A stretch of DNA of 64,000 nt, taken from assembly GCF_030696885.1 (NCBI RefSeq), contig NZ_JAUYRI010000017.1:161212-225211 (forward strand). The letters are read 5' to 3'. The notes under the pieces are model-generated. The model ran no database searches. It had not been told where the DNA came from and saw nothing but the letters and a program-made list of their open reading frames with translations. Positions 9,702 through 19,649 of the stretch are shown here, in pieces; positions within the stretch are counted from its first letter, which is position 1, and the number at the start of each line of letters is the position of its first letter. The position numbers and the translations under genes are program-made. The stretch is from Thiobacillus sp. (lineage in GTDB: Bacteria; Pseudomonadota; Gammaproteobacteria; Burkholderiales; Thiobacillaceae).

Positions 9702-11052
9702 AGCCAACCTTCTCCCCCGCCAGCTTGTGTTCCAGATAGTGAATGCTGGTGCCGCCGGCGATGAAAGCGGCGTCGTGCATCAGGTCCTGGTGCAGCGGGA
9801 TGTTGCTGTGGATGCCTTCGACCACCATTTCCATCAGTGCACCGCGCATGCGGGCGATGGCCTGGTCGCGGGTGTCGCCGTAGGCGATCACCTTGCCGAT
9901 CATCGAATCGTAATGGGGTGGCACGTAATAGCCGTGGTAGACGTGCGAATCGACGCGGATGCCGGGGCCGCCCGCAGCGTGGTAGTTGGTGAGCTTGCCG
10001 GGGCTGGGCACGAAGGTGGACGGATGCTCTGCGTTGATGCGGCACTCGATGGCATGGCCGCGGAAGCGGATGTCCTTTTGCTTCCAGGGTAGTTTTTCGC
10101 CGGCAGCAACGCGGATTTGCGTCTGCACAATGTCGATGCCGGTGATGAGTTCGGTCACCGGGTGCTCGACCTGCACGCGGGTGTTCATCTCGATGAAATA
10201 GAACTCGCCGTTCTCATACAGGAACTCGAAGGTGCCGGCGCCGCGGTAGCCGATCTTGCGGCAGGCTTCGGCACAGCGTTCGCCGATCTTGTCGCGCAGC
10301 TTGGGGTCAAGTCCGGGTGCGGGCGCTTCTTCCAGCACTTTCTGGTGGCGGCGTTGCATCGAGCAGTCGCGCTCGCCCAGGTGCACCGCGTTGCCGTGCT
10401 CGTCGGCGAGGATCTGGATTTCGATGTGGCGGGGCGTCTGCAGGAATTTTTCCATGTAGACCATCGGGTTGCCGAAGGCTGCCCCGGCTTCGGTCTTGGT
10501 CATGGTCACCGCGTTCAGCAGTGCGGCCTCGGTGTGCACCACGCGCATGCCGCGTCCGCCGCCGCCGCCGGCGGCCTTGATGATGACCGGGTAGCCGACG
10601 TGGTTGGCGGTTTTGATGATTTCCGCGGGGTCGTCCGACAGTGCACCCTCGGAGCCGGGCACGCACGGCACGCGGGCTTCGAGCATCGCGTGCTTGGCGG
10701 CAACCTTGTCGCCCATCAGGCGGATGTTGTCGGGGCGCGGGCCGATGAAGGTGAAGCCGGACGACTCCACGCGCTCGGCAAAGTCGGCGTTTTCCGACAG
10801 GAAGCCGTAGCCGGGGTGGATGGCTTCGGCGTCGGTGACTTCGGCGGCGGCGATGATCGACGGCACATGCAGATAGCTTTGCGCCGACGGCGCCGGGCCG
10901 ATGCACACCGATTCGTCGGCCAGCTTGACGTACTTGGCGTCGCGGTCGGCCTCGGAATAGACGGCGACGGTCTTGATGCCCATTTCGCGGCAGGCGCGCT
11001 GGATCCTCAAGGCGATTTCGCCGCGGTTGGCGATCAGGATTTTTTCAAACAT
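9700..11052 (-). CDS. accC: acetyl-CoA carboxylase, biotin carboxylase subunit
   Basis: [13 protein letters not shown]; [11 protein letters not shown]; [12 protein letters not shown]; [10 protein letters not shown]. Confidence 0.98.
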   Translation of the reverse strand: MFEKILIANRGEIALRIQRACREMGIKTVAVYSEADRDAKYVKLADESVCIGPAPSAQSYLHVPSIIAAAEVTDAEAIHPGYGFLSENADFAERVESSGFTFIGPRPDNIRLMGDKVAAKHAMLEARVPCVPGSEGALSDDPAEIIKTANHVGYPVIIKAAGGGGGRGMRVVHTEAALLNAVTMTKTEAGAAFGNPMVYMEKFLQTPRHIEIQILADEHGNAVHLGERDCSMQRRHQKVLEEAPAPGLDPKLRDKIGERCAEACRKIGYRGAGTFEFLYENGEFYFIEMNTRVQVEHPVTELITGIDIVQTQIRVAAGEKLPWKQKDIRFRGHAIECRINAEHPSTFVPSPGKLTNYHAAGGPGIRVDSHVYHGYYVPPHYDSMIGKVIAYGDTRDQAIARMRGALMEMVVEGIHSNIPLHQDLMHDAAFIAGGTSIHYLEHKLAGEKVG

Positions 11053-11060
11053 GGTTTTTG

Positions 11061-11170
11061 AGGGGTCAGGGGTCAGGATTCAGGATTCAGGGGATGAGCG
11101 GCTTTGCCACGTCATTTGAATAAGGCGCAAAGCACCTCCCCTGATCCCTGGCCCCTGATCCCTGACTCCT
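11061..11170. repeat. heptamer-arm hairpin element 5 (CAG type, inverted core)
   Basis: AGGGGTC AGGGGTC AGGATTC AGGATTC AGGG ... GCGGC-TTT-GCCAC (11098-11110) ... CCCT GATCCCT GGCCCCT GATCCCT GACTCCT. Confidence 0.9.
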
Positions 11171-11173
11171 TCC

Positions 11174-11623
11174 TCAGGCAATCACAAACAAGGGCTCGCC
11201 GTACTCAACCGGCTGGCCGTTTTCAACCAGGATGGCCTTGATGACGCCGCCCTGATCCGATTCGATTTCGTTCAGCAGCTTCATCGCTTCGATGATGCAT
11301 ATCGTGTCGCCGGCATTCACGCTCTGGCCGACTTCGGCAAAGTTCTTCGAGCCTGGCGCCGGCGCGCGGTAGAAGGTGCCGACCATCGGCGAACGCACGA
11401 CGTGGCCTTCGGGCATGGCGTCTTCCGCCGGAAGGGCAGCCACCGGTGCTGCAGCTGCCGGGGCGGGCGCATGCATCATCTGCGGGGCGTGGTGCATCAT
11501 CATCTGCGCACCGGCAATGCTCTTGGCGATGCGGACCTTTTCTTCGCCTTCGGTGATTTCCAGCTCGGCGATGCCGGAGGCTTCGACCAGGTCAATGAGC
11601 TTTTTCAGTTTTCTGAGATCCAT
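11174..11623 (-). CDS. accB: acetyl-CoA carboxylase biotin carboxyl carrier protein
   Basis: [12 protein letters not shown]; SPMVGTFY; biotinylation motif EAMKL. Confidence 0.97.
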   Translation of the reverse strand: MDLRKLKKLIDLVEASGIAELEITEGEEKVRIAKSIAGAQMMMHHAPQMMHAPAPAAAAPVAALPAEDAMPEGHVVRSPMVGTFYRAPAPGSKNFAEVGQSVNAGDTICIIEAMKLLNEIESDQGGVIKAILVENGQPVEYGEPLFVIA

Positions 11624-12122
11624 GGGGGGTCCTGTCGTGGAGATGTCGCAGCGCGTATTCCAGTGCCAGTTCGTAGCCCTGGGCGCCGAGCCCGGAGATC
11701 ACGCCGACCGCGAGATCTGAAAAATACGAATGATGGCGGAAGGTTTCGCGCGCGTGGATGTTGGAAAGATGCACTTCGATGAACGGGATGGCCACCGCGG
11801 CCAGCGCATCGCGCAGGGCGACGCTGGTGTGGGTGTAACCCGCCGGATTGACGAGGATGAAGTCGACGTGATCGTGTGCCGCCTGATGAATGCGGTCGAT
11901 CAGTGCGCCTTCGTGGTTGTTCTGGAAGACGTCGATCTGCACGCCGGCCGCGTCGCCGCGGGCACTCAGCGCCCGGTTGACGTCGTCGAGCGTGGCGAGT
12001 CCGTAGTGTTTGGGTTCGCGGCTGCCCAGCAGATTGAGGTTGGGGCCGTGCAGCACCAGCACGTGCGGGCGCAGACTGGATACCGATTTGGTCGCGGAGC
12101 GGCCGGTTCGCTTGGTCGTCAT
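11592..12122 (-). CDS. aroQ: type II 3-dehydroquinate dehydratase
   Basis: [18 protein letters not shown]; [15 protein letters not shown]; [13 protein letters not shown]-like motif. Start taken as MTTKR at 12122; the 3' end overlaps the accB start. Confidence 0.93.
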   Translation of the reverse strand: MTTKRTGRSATKSVSSLRPHVLVLHGPNLNLLGSREPKHYGLATLDDVNRALSARGDAAGVQIDVFQNNHEGALIDRIHQAAHDHVDFILVNPAGYTHTSVALRDALAAVAIPFIEVHLSNIHARETFRHHSYFSDLAVGVISGLGAQGYELALEYALRHLHDRTPHGSQKTEKAH

Positions 12123-12180
12123 GGCGGCGAGTTTGCCGTAAATGGGGGTTAATTGTCTAGATATTGACGCTAAATCACAA

Positions 12181-12708
12181 CTATGCGCCGAATTTCCGCA
12201 AAGTGGCGTCGAGCGTGGCGCGCGGCAGCCGTCCAAGGTGGGCCAGAACGACCTGGCCGTCGCGATCGAGCACGATCGTGAAGGGCAGGGCCCCACTCGG
12301 GTTGCCCAGCGCGCGTGCGAGGCTGTGGGCGGCGCCCTCACCGATCAGGATCGGGTAACTGACCGGCATCTGCTGCAGAAACTGCGCGACGCTGGCCGCA
12401 TTGTCGATCGCGATGCCGACAAATTCGACGCCGTTGGCGCGATGTTCGGTGCGCAAGGCGTCAAAATCCGGCATTTCCTCCCGGCACGGCGCGCACCAGC
12501 TGGCCCAGAAATTCAGCACCAGCGGCTGGCCGCGCCATTGCGAGAGCGGCTGGGTGCGGCCCTGCAGATCCGGATACGCGAGTTGCCACATCCCGCTGAC
12601 CGCGCTGGCCTCGGCTGGCTGCGGGGCGTAGCGCGACTGTGCCAGCCAGGCACCGGCAGCGAGCGCAAGCAGCGCGAGGGGGAAGAGGTAAAACCATTTT
12701 TTCAGCAT
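12181..12708 (-). CDS. TlpA/ResA-like periplasmic thiol-disulfide reductase
   Basis: N-terminal anchor; [18 protein letters not shown]; adjacent to system II genes. Confidence 0.9.
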   Translation of the reverse strand: MLKKWFYLFPLALLALAAGAWLAQSRYAPQPAEASAVSGMWQLAYPDLQGRTQPLSQWRGQPLVLNFWASWCAPCREEMPDFDALRTEHRANGVEFVGIAIDNAASVAQFLQQMPVSYPILIGEGAAHSLARALGNPSGALPFTIVLDRDGQVVLAHLGRLPRATLDATLRKFGA

Positions 12709-12789
12709 GCGCTCTCGCCGGGAAGCATTCGCCGCCCCTGCGGGCGGCGAATTCAGGCGTTTCTGGACACGAACGTGACGGGCTACGGC

Positions 12790-13929
12790 TTACAGTTCGC
12801 CGTAGGAATGCAGGCCCGACAGGAACATGTTGACGCCGATGAAGGCGAAGGTGGTGATGAACAGGCCGACCACCGCCCACCAGGCCAGCAGCGGGCCGCG
12901 CAGGCCCTTGACCAGACGGATGTGCAACCAGGCGGCGTAGTTCAGCCACACGATCAGCGCCCAGGTTTCCTTCGGGTCCCACGACCAGTAGCCACCCCAG
13001 GCTTCGGCCGCCCACATCGCGCCGAGGATGGTGGCGATGGTGAAGAAGGCGAAGCCGATCGCGATCGACTTGTACATCACGTCGTCGAGCACCTCGAGCT
13101 TGGGCAGGCGACTGGCGAGAATGCCGCGCGAGGCCAGCAGGTAGGCGCCGCCCAGCATGGCGGCGATCGAGAAGCCGCCGTAGCCAACAAAGTTGGCGGG
13201 CACGTGGATCTTCATCCACCACGACTGCAAGGCCGGCACCAGCGGCTGGATTTCATGCGCGCCGCGGTCGAAGGTGTACCAGAGAATGAAGGCAACTGCG
13301 GCCGAGATGACGAGCAGCACGAAGGCGCCCATCTGGCGTGCCTGCGAGCGCGCCTCGTAATAGAGGTACATCATCGCGGTGACAAGGCAGAACAGCACGA
13401 ACACCTCGTACAGGTTCGACACCGGGATGTGGCCGATGTCCGGGCCGATCTGGTGCGACTCGTACCAGCGCACCATCAGGCCGGTCCAGCCGAAGGTGAC
13501 GGCCGCCCAGGTCAGCGCGGTGCCGGTCTTCAGCATAAAGTCCGAGCGGGCCAGCAGCCCGGCCCAGTAGGCGACAGTGGCGAACGCGAACAGTGCACAC
13601 ATCCACATGATCGCGGCCTGGCTGGAGATCAGGTATTTGAGGAAGAAGGTTTCTTCCATCCGTGCGAGGTTGCCGTCGTAGAGGCTGAGCGCGAACAGGC
13701 TCAGCGCGCCGACGACCAGGAAGAGCGGCCGGAACGGTTTCCAGAACCAGCCGCCCATCACCAGCGACGGGATGGTGGCGAGCAGAATGCTCTTCTCGTA
13801 GCCATCCATGAAGTCGCCGTAGCGGGCGAAGGCTGCGATGCCGCCGGCCACGACGATGGCGGCGAACAGCCAGTCGAACCAGGACAGGCGTTTGAACAGC
13901 GGGGCGGGTTGATTGAGTGCAAGTTCCAT
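12790..13929 (-). CDS. ccsB: cytochrome c biogenesis system II heme synthetase CcsB/ResC
   Basis: WWD domain GAMWAAEAWGGYWSWDPKETW; SWWMKIHV; GLHSYG. Confidence 0.93.
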   Translation of the reverse strand: MELALNQPAPLFKRLSWFDWLFAAIVVAGGIAAFARYGDFMDGYEKSILLATIPSLVMGGWFWKPFRPLFLVVGALSLFALSLYDGNLARMEETFFLKYLISSQAAIMWMCALFAFATVAYWAGLLARSDFMLKTGTALTWAAVTFGWTGLMVRWYESHQIGPDIGHIPVSNLYEVFVLFCLVTAMMYLYYEARSQARQMGAFVLLVISAAVAFILWYTFDRGAHEIQPLVPALQSWWMKIHVPANFVGYGGFSIAAMLGGAYLLASRGILASRLPKLEVLDDVMYKSIAIGFAFFTIATILGAMWAAEAWGGYWSWDPKETWALIVWLNYAAWLHIRLVKGLRGPLLAWWAVVGLFITTFAFIGVNMFLSGLHSYGEL

Positions 13930-13947
13930 GTCTGTAGAGCCTCCGGA

Positions 13948-15960
13948 TTACTTGACAAGCGTGTCGAGCGCTTGCGAATGCTGGACGAATTCTTTTTCGA
14001 AATCGATGGTATGTTTGGCCGACGACATCGCCAGCAGCGCGTGGCCCGGCTTGATGCGCAGCCAGATCCGGCGTTCGCGCACATAAAGCATGAAGAATAC
14101 GCCGAGCGTCAGCAAAAGCGAACCCAGGTAGACGATGTTCTGACCGGGCGAGCGGGTCAGCTGCAGGCCGCTGGCCTTGACCTCGTCGAACTGCATTAGT
14201 TGCAGATAGATCGGTGCGCCATAGACGAACAGGTCGCTCACGCTGTTGAGCGTGTCGCGCACCAGCCAGCCGGTGGCGTCGTCGGGCGCACGCGGCGGCA
14301 ACCCGGCTTCGCGGTTGGCAATCTGCAGCGCTTCGAAGGCGGCCAGCTCGAGAATGCGCAGATAGGTGCCGGCAGCCCGTTCACCATCGGATTCGGGCAC
14401 CCGCTCCTCGATGAAGCGGCCCAGCGACTGGAAGCCGCCCTCGGCGAACATGGCCAGCACCTGCGCCGCGCTGAACTTCAGCTTGTCCTCGATTTCGGTG
14501 CCCCAGGCCTCCTGTGGCAGCGCCTGGCGCGCGAAGCGGGCGGCGATCTCGGGGTGCTGTTCCTTGTTCAGCAACACGCCGCGCAGGCGCATGTAGCTGT
14601 CGATGCTGCCGTCGGCATCGAGCGGCATGCGCAGGTAGCGGAAGTCGTCCGTGGGTGTTTCGCGCACGCCCGACATCAGGAACCAGCGGCCCTCCAGCTC
14701 GAGCGGCAGCATGTAGTTGGAAAACTCGCGTGCCTGTCCACGCGCATCGCGCAGCTTGTACTGAAAGCTCGGACCGACGTTGCGCAGGTGCCGGTTGTCG
14801 CTGACCGGGCTGCCGCCGAGCACGCTCATGCTGTCGCGAGGCGTCTCGATTTCGCCGCCCATGTTTTCGATGTTGAAAGGGCGGAAATCGTTGAACTCGA
14901 GCGTGTAATCGCCGGCCGTGCTGGTCAAGGTGCTGTTCTGGTGAACCGTGCCTTCGAGGGGGAATTCTGAGGCCGTCGGGGCGAACAGGTTCCAGCCGCG
15001 CAGCGTCAGGCGGGTACCGCCGTCGGCGAAGCTCGCCTGATAGATGGCGACGCCGTCGTGGATCAGCGGGTGATTGACCTCGATCGTCGCTTCGCGGATC
15101 TTGTTGCCGGCGTGGTCGAACAGTTCGACGTCGCTCTCGAAGCTTTTCGGTTGTCCGGTGCTGTAGTGCTCGATGCGGAATTCCTTCAGCGCCACCACGA
15201 ACGGCAGTTCCTGCACCAGATAGCCGTCGGCCACGTTGAGGAAAGCCACGTCGGCGCTGGAGCCTTCGGGAATCTGCACGCTGCCGCGGAACGACGGATT
15301 GGACGGGGTCAGGCGCGAAATCGCCGGCACCTGGCTTTGCGGAATGTCGCGCGTTTCGATCTTCTTGTAGCCCAGCACCTGCTGCGCCTTGAAAATTAGG
15401 TTGCCGTCCATCAGACCGCCGATGCAGATGATCACGATGGCCGCGTGCGCCAGGAAATAGCCGAGGCGGTTCCAGCTCCCGGCCTTGGCGGCGAGCAGCA
15501 CGCCGCCCTCGCGCGGCACGTTTTTCACCTTGTAGCCCTGGCCTTCCAGGTAGCGCTGCGCGCTGGCGGCAAGTGCTTCTGGGGTTTGTTCGGTGGGCGC
15601 TTCGTGCTTGTGCTTGAACGCATTCAGCGACTGGTCGCTGACGTGCTCGCGGAAGCTTTTCATTTCGCGCGCGAAGTTCGGCGCGTTGCGCCAGATGCAG
15701 ACGCTGACGGATGCGACGAGGAAGGTCAGGATGACCAGAAACCACAGCGCATGGTAGACGTCGTACAGCCCCAGTTTCTCGAATACCTGGAACCAGAACG
15801 GCCCGAGCTGGATGAGGTAGTTGGCGTAGGGCTCGGACTGCTTCAGCACGGTGCCGATGATGGACGCGATCGCAAGGATGGACAGCAGGCTGATCGCAAA
15901 GCGCATCGAGCTCAACAGCTCGAACAGGGACTTGCCAAAGGAGTGGGAAGCAGTGGTCAT
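13948..15960 (-). CDS. resB: cytochrome c biogenesis system II protein ResB/Ccs1
   Basis: LSSMRFAISLL; GYFLAHAAI; VNHPL; LQLTRSPG; paired with ccsB. Confidence 0.92.
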   Translation of the reverse strand: MTTASHSFGKSLFELLSSMRFAISLLSILAIASIIGTVLKQSEPYANYLIQLGPFWFQVFEKLGLYDVYHALWFLVILTFLVASVSVCIWRNAPNFAREMKSFREHVSDQSLNAFKHKHEAPTEQTPEALAASAQRYLEGQGYKVKNVPREGGVLLAAKAGSWNRLGYFLAHAAIVIICIGGLMDGNLIFKAQQVLGYKKIETRDIPQSQVPAISRLTPSNPSFRGSVQIPEGSSADVAFLNVADGYLVQELPFVVALKEFRIEHYSTGQPKSFESDVELFDHAGNKIREATIEVNHPLIHDGVAIYQASFADGGTRLTLRGWNLFAPTASEFPLEGTVHQNSTLTSTAGDYTLEFNDFRPFNIENMGGEIETPRDSMSVLGGSPVSDNRHLRNVGPSFQYKLRDARGQAREFSNYMLPLELEGRWFLMSGVRETPTDDFRYLRMPLDADGSIDSYMRLRGVLLNKEQHPEIAARFARQALPQEAWGTEIEDKLKFSAAQVLAMFAEGGFQSLGRFIEERVPESDGERAAGTYLRILELAAFEALQIANREAGLPPRAPDDATGWLVRDTLNSVSDLFVYGAPIYLQLMQFDEVKASGLQLTRSPGQNIVYLGSLLLTLGVFFMLYVRERRIWLRIKPGHALLAMSSAKHTIDFEKEFVQHSQALDTLVK

Positions 15961-15970
15961 GGAGGGCAAC

Positions 15971-15999
15971 AATAAAAAAGGGTGACACCTGTCACCCTT
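15971..15999 (-). terminator. intrinsic terminator after cytochrome c4
   Basis: AAGGGTGAC-N4-GTCACCCTT stem with a T-run on the minus strand. Confidence 0.7.
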
Positions 16000-16130
16000 C
16001 TATCGACTCAGGGATGGCCAACAAGTTTACCCGAAGGTGCCGATCGTGACTGCAAAGCCGGCTAGTCCGAATGAACCCTGCTTCCCCAACGGGCGCGCGC
16101 CCGGCTAGAAAGCGTGAGCGGTCACCCCGT

Positions 16131-16745
16131 TCAGCGCAGGCCCTGGATATAGGCGGCCACGGCCTTCATCTCAGCATCGGTCATCTTGGCGGCGATGCTG
16201 CGCATCATCCGGGCGCCGTCGTTGGCACGGGCCTCGACGCGGAAGGCGTTCAGCTGCGTGTAGGTGTATTCCGCATGCTGACCGGCCAGGCGCGGGAACT
16301 GGACGGGGATGCCCTTGCCCTGAGCGCCGTGGCACGAAGCGCAAGCCGGCACGCCGGTGCCTTGCACGCCGCCGCGGTAGATTTTCTGGCCGATCAGCGC
16401 CAGCTCCTGGTCCTTGGCGGTCGCCGGCTTGGGCTGCTGGGCGCTAAAGTAGGCGGCCAGATTCTGCATATCCTGTGGGCTGAGGGTGCTGACAATGCCG
16501 CTCATCACCGGGTTCTTGCGCGCGCCAGACTTGTAATCGGTGAGCTGCTTGTGAATGTATTCCGCATTGAGCCCGGCCAGCTTGGGATTGGCCGCCGCGG
16601 CGCTGTTGCCGTCTGCCGCGTGGCAGGCCGCACATACTTGAGTGACGATGCTTTCGGCCGCCTTGGGGTCGCCTTTGACCGCAGTGGGGTTGGCGTAGGC
16701 GGAGGTGGTTGCGAGGAGTGCAACCAGAGAGACGACGAGTTTCAT
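16131..16745 (-). CDS. diheme cytochrome c4
   Basis: Signal peptide; two CxxCH motifs (CAACH, CASCH); PKLAG and PRLAGQH; distal Met residues. Confidence 0.93.
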   Translation of the reverse strand: MKLVVSLVALLATTSAYANPTAVKGDPKAAESIVTQVCAACHAADGNSAAAANPKLAGLNAEYIHKQLTDYKSGARKNPVMSGIVSTLSPQDMQNLAAYFSAQQPKPATAKDQELALIGQKIYRGGVQGTGVPACASCHGAQGKGIPVQFPRLAGQHAEYTYTQLNAFRVEARANDGARMMRSIAAKMTDAEMKAVAAYIQGLR

Positions 16746-16802
16746 CAAAAGCTCCTGAAGCTTGCAAAACTTGGGAAAACGGGTAGTTTAGCGGTAACTA
16801 AT

Positions 16803-17429
16803 ATGACTGCCAAGCCCGTGCTTAATCGCGCCCAATTCCATACATCGGTCGCCCAGCTGCGCGATTTGCCCTACAGCCAGGCGGAAATCGCGTTCGCCGG
16901 CCGGTCCAATGCCGGAAAGTCGAGCGCAATCAATCTGTTGACGCGAATCAATCGCCTCGCCTACACGTCCAAAACGCCGGGACGCACGCAGCTTATCAAC
17001 TTTTTCGCGCTGGACCCCGATATTTATCTGGTTGATCTGCCGGGCTACGGTTATGCCAAAGTGCCGCCCGCAGTGAAAGCAAAGTGGGAAACCCTGCTGT
17101 CGCGCTATCTGCAGGAGCGTGACGCGTTGCGGGGTCTGGTGCTGATCATGGATGCGCGCCACCCGCTCACCCCGCTGGACCGGCAGATGCTGGACTGGTT
17201 TACCCCTACCGGCAAGCCGGTGCACATTTTGCTGTCGAAGGCCGACAAGCTTTCCAACAGCGAAAAAGCGTTGACCTTGCGCAAGGTCAAGCAGGAAATC
17301 GCCGCGCGCGACGGCGTCAGCGTGCAGCTGTTTTCCAGCCTGTCGCGCCAGGGTGCCGACGAGGCGGCTGCACTGATCGAGGGCTGGTTTGCGCAGTCGC
17401 GGCAGCCCGATACCCAGAGCGCCGGATGA
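16803..17429 (+). CDS. yihA: ribosome biogenesis GTPase YihA/YsxC (EngB)
   Basis: G1 [10 protein letters not shown]; SKTPGRTQ; DLPGYG; SKADK; start MTAKP at 16803. Confidence 0.96.
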   Translation: MTAKPVLNRAQFHTSVAQLRDLPYSQAEIAFAGRSNAGKSSAINLLTRINRLAYTSKTPGRTQLINFFALDPDIYLVDLPGYGYAKVPPAVKAKWETLLSRYLQERDALRGLVLIMDARHPLTPLDRQMLDWFTPTGKPVHILLSKADKLSNSEKALTLRKVKQEIAARDGVSVQLFSSLSRQGADEAAALIEGWFAQSRQPDTQSAG

Positions 17430-17445
17430 ACAATCCGGCCGCCAG

Positions 17446-17551
17446 AATAAAAAAGCCCCGACCAAGGGAGGGATCGGGGCTAAAAATGCCTTAAGGGGAT
17501 TAAGGCATCCCGCTCAGGGAGGAGAAGCGGGAGACGATGCAAAGATCGTCT
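17446..17551 (-). ncRNA. putative small RNA, anti-hemB-motif-like (four abutting hairpins, last one a terminator)
   Basis: Four stems: AGACGAT/ATCGTCT, CCCGCT/AGCGGG, ATGCCTTA/TAAGGCAT, AGCCCCGA/TCGGGGCT followed by TTTTTATT on the minus strand. Lies antisense to, and upstream of, hemB. Confidence 0.7.
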
Positions 17552-17579
17552 GCTTAGTAGAGTAGACCCCCTTGGGTAA

Positions 17580-18611
<1,032 letters not shown>

Positions 18612-18743
18612 AAATGTAAAAGAAGTAAATTGCATCATGCGTCAAGTTTTGCACGGTGGCTGCCGAAATATTGATTGTTAGCAGCCAATCTCCAGCAGGT
18701 AAACGGACCCCGCGCGATCAGACCGTGCTCACCCCGCAGGACT

Positions 18744-19532
18744 ATGCCCACCATTCCAAAACTTCCATTCGGCATCAAAAACCGTCGCCAGGACCCAGAC
18801 GAATGGGACAAGACGATTGTTGCCTTTCAGTCGCCCTACCGGCTGAAGGACCTGTGCCTCGACCAGAGCAAGGCGCAGGACGAGGAGATGACCCGCGTCA
18901 GCCGTCAGGAATTCAAGGTGCGTCTGGCGACGACGGACGACCGGCGCAAGTCCGCCAGCCTGCTGATTGAAAAGATGTACAGCTGGCGCGGGTATGAAAG
19001 CGATAGCCTGAATCACGACCCCAACCGGATCACCCTGGTGGCTTACCAGGAGAACATCGTGGCCGGGACGGTGACACTGGGACTGGACAGCCATAAAGGG
19101 CTGGTGGTGGACGAGTTGTACAAGGAGGAGGTCGACACGCTTCGGGCTCAAGGCCGAAGAATTGCCGAGTTGACCAAGCTGGCCGTGGATGAAAGTGCAG
19201 CCTCCAAATCGGTCCTGGCTGCGCTGTTTCATATTGCCTTCATCTATGCTTTCCACATCCACAAGTACACAGACTTTGTGATCGAGGTGAACCCGCGCCA
19301 TGTGTTCTTCTACAAGCGGATGCTGGGATTCGAACTGCTCGGGCATGAGCGGATGTGCCCCCGGGTCAACGCACCGGCCGTCCTGCTGCATCTGGACCTG
19401 AGTTATATCGAGCAGAAAATCGCCACGCTGGGGGGCGCGTTGCCGCCGCCACCCGGAGAAAAGTCGCTCTATCCCTACGGATTTTCAAAAGAGGATGAAC
19501 TGGGTATCGCGCAACGCCTTCAAGGCGGCTAG
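18744..19532 (+). CDS. FeeM-like long-chain N-acyl amino acid synthase (GNAT fold; PEP-CTERM/exosortase-associated acyltransferase type)
   Basis: RKSASLLIEKMYSWRGY; GTVTLGLDS...LVVDELY; AELTKLAVD; DFVIEVNPRHVFFYKRMLGFE; CPRVNAPAVLLHLDL. These motifs are typical of FeeM-domain NAS proteins. Confidence 0.8.
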   Translation: MPTIPKLPFGIKNRRQDPDEWDKTIVAFQSPYRLKDLCLDQSKAQDEEMTRVSRQEFKVRLATTDDRRKSASLLIEKMYSWRGYESDSLNHDPNRITLVAYQENIVAGTVTLGLDSHKGLVVDELYKEEVDTLRAQGRRIAELTKLAVDESAASKSVLAALFHIAFIYAFHIHKYTDFVIEVNPRHVFFYKRMLGFELLGHERMCPRVNAPAVLLHLDLSYIEQKIATLGGALPPPPGEKSLYPYGFSKEDELGIAQRLQGG

Positions 19533-19649
19533 GAATTGGCTTCACCGAGGCTTGGTGCAACGCGCGGCCAGTTTGACTGCAAACAATGCAAGCCCTTGTC
19601 CGCATGCGCCGATCCATACGTTGGCGCAGCCCCCTGAGAGCAGGATGCA

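Noticed and set aside
3284-11170. Heptamer repeats considered as a CRISPR array
   Set aside because: No repeat-spacer periodicity, each element is a single inverted pair, and no cas genes are present.
12181-16745. tlpA-ccsB-resB-cytochrome c4 cluster as a novel system
   Set aside because: Standard betaproteobacterial system II cytochrome c maturation locus next to yihA.
18612-18743. Possible PrsR/sigma54 control of the FeeM-like gene (TGTAAAAG half-site at 18615)
   Set aside because: Only the left half of the UAS matches and no GG-N10-GC element is present, so direct co-regulation with PEP-CTERM genes is unsupported.
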